Shown here: piece by piece, positions 43,832 through 43,958 of the stretch
How positions within the stretch are numbered: position 1 is the first letter of the stretch
Layout of the letters: the number at the start of each line of letters is the position of its first letter
IMG/VR virus record: IMGVR_UViG_3300037070_000806
Coordinates: 1-43,958 of that record
Origin: a virus
Lineage: Duplodnaviria; Caudoviricetes
DNA: 43,958 bases
Reading direction: 5' to 3' (one strand)
Translations under genes and position numbers: made by a program
Notes under the pieces: model-generated
Told to the model about the DNA's origin: nothing
Seen by the model: the letters and a program-made list of their open reading frames with translations, nothing else
Database searches by the model: none

Positions 43832-43958
43832 CCGCCCTCTTGGCACGCGCGTGACTACCCCTCTATGTCCTCGTAACGCATGCACCTACCTTCCGTAGCC
43901 ATGCATCCGTGCATAGGTACCCCCTTACTCCCCCCTTCGACCAAAAAGGTACATTGGT
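43832..43958. repeat. Terminal direct repeat, copy 2
   Basis: Identical to 1..127. Confidence 0.95.

Noticed and set aside
43832-43958. 127-bp terminal repeat as a biological DTR
   Set aside because: Length equals a standard assembler k-mer and the copy is exact, so it is most likely a circularisation overlap
1-43958. tRNA, rRNA, integrase/attP
   Set aside because: No cloverleaf with T/D-loop consensus, rRNA-like sequence or recombinase motifs noticed by eye; tRNAscan-SE and HMM searches would be needed to exclude them

Overview
The window looks like the complete genome (43,831 bp plus a 127-bp assembly overlap, 1..127 = 43832..43958) of a podovirus-like tailed dsDNA phage. The host is probably an alphaproteobacterium (inferred from CTTGACA..GCTATA promoters and Rhizobiales-type small genes). 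The + arm (about 1.2-28 kb) encodes TerS, glycine-rich/LamG virion accessory proteins, TerL, a two-domain endolysin, portal, scaffold, major capsid, adaptor, nozzle, tail fibre and ejection proteins. The - arm (28-43.2 kb) encodes a UDG-like-domain/family A DNA polymerase fusion, a RecD2-like helicase, an SSB-like protein, a Sak4-like ATPase, a Cas4-like nuclease and many small early genes. No integrase, RNA polymerase, sigma factor or primase is recognisable. The most striking feature is a 15-bp palindrome, TGTNTGASTCANACA, centred on GANTC. By hand I found 34 exact and 3 near copies: at most major gene junctions on both arms, written into stop and start codons, and inside long genes so that no gap exceeds about 2.6 kb. 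This looks like an undescribed genome-wide protein-binding or silencing system. All calls come from reading the sequence; no database searches were run.
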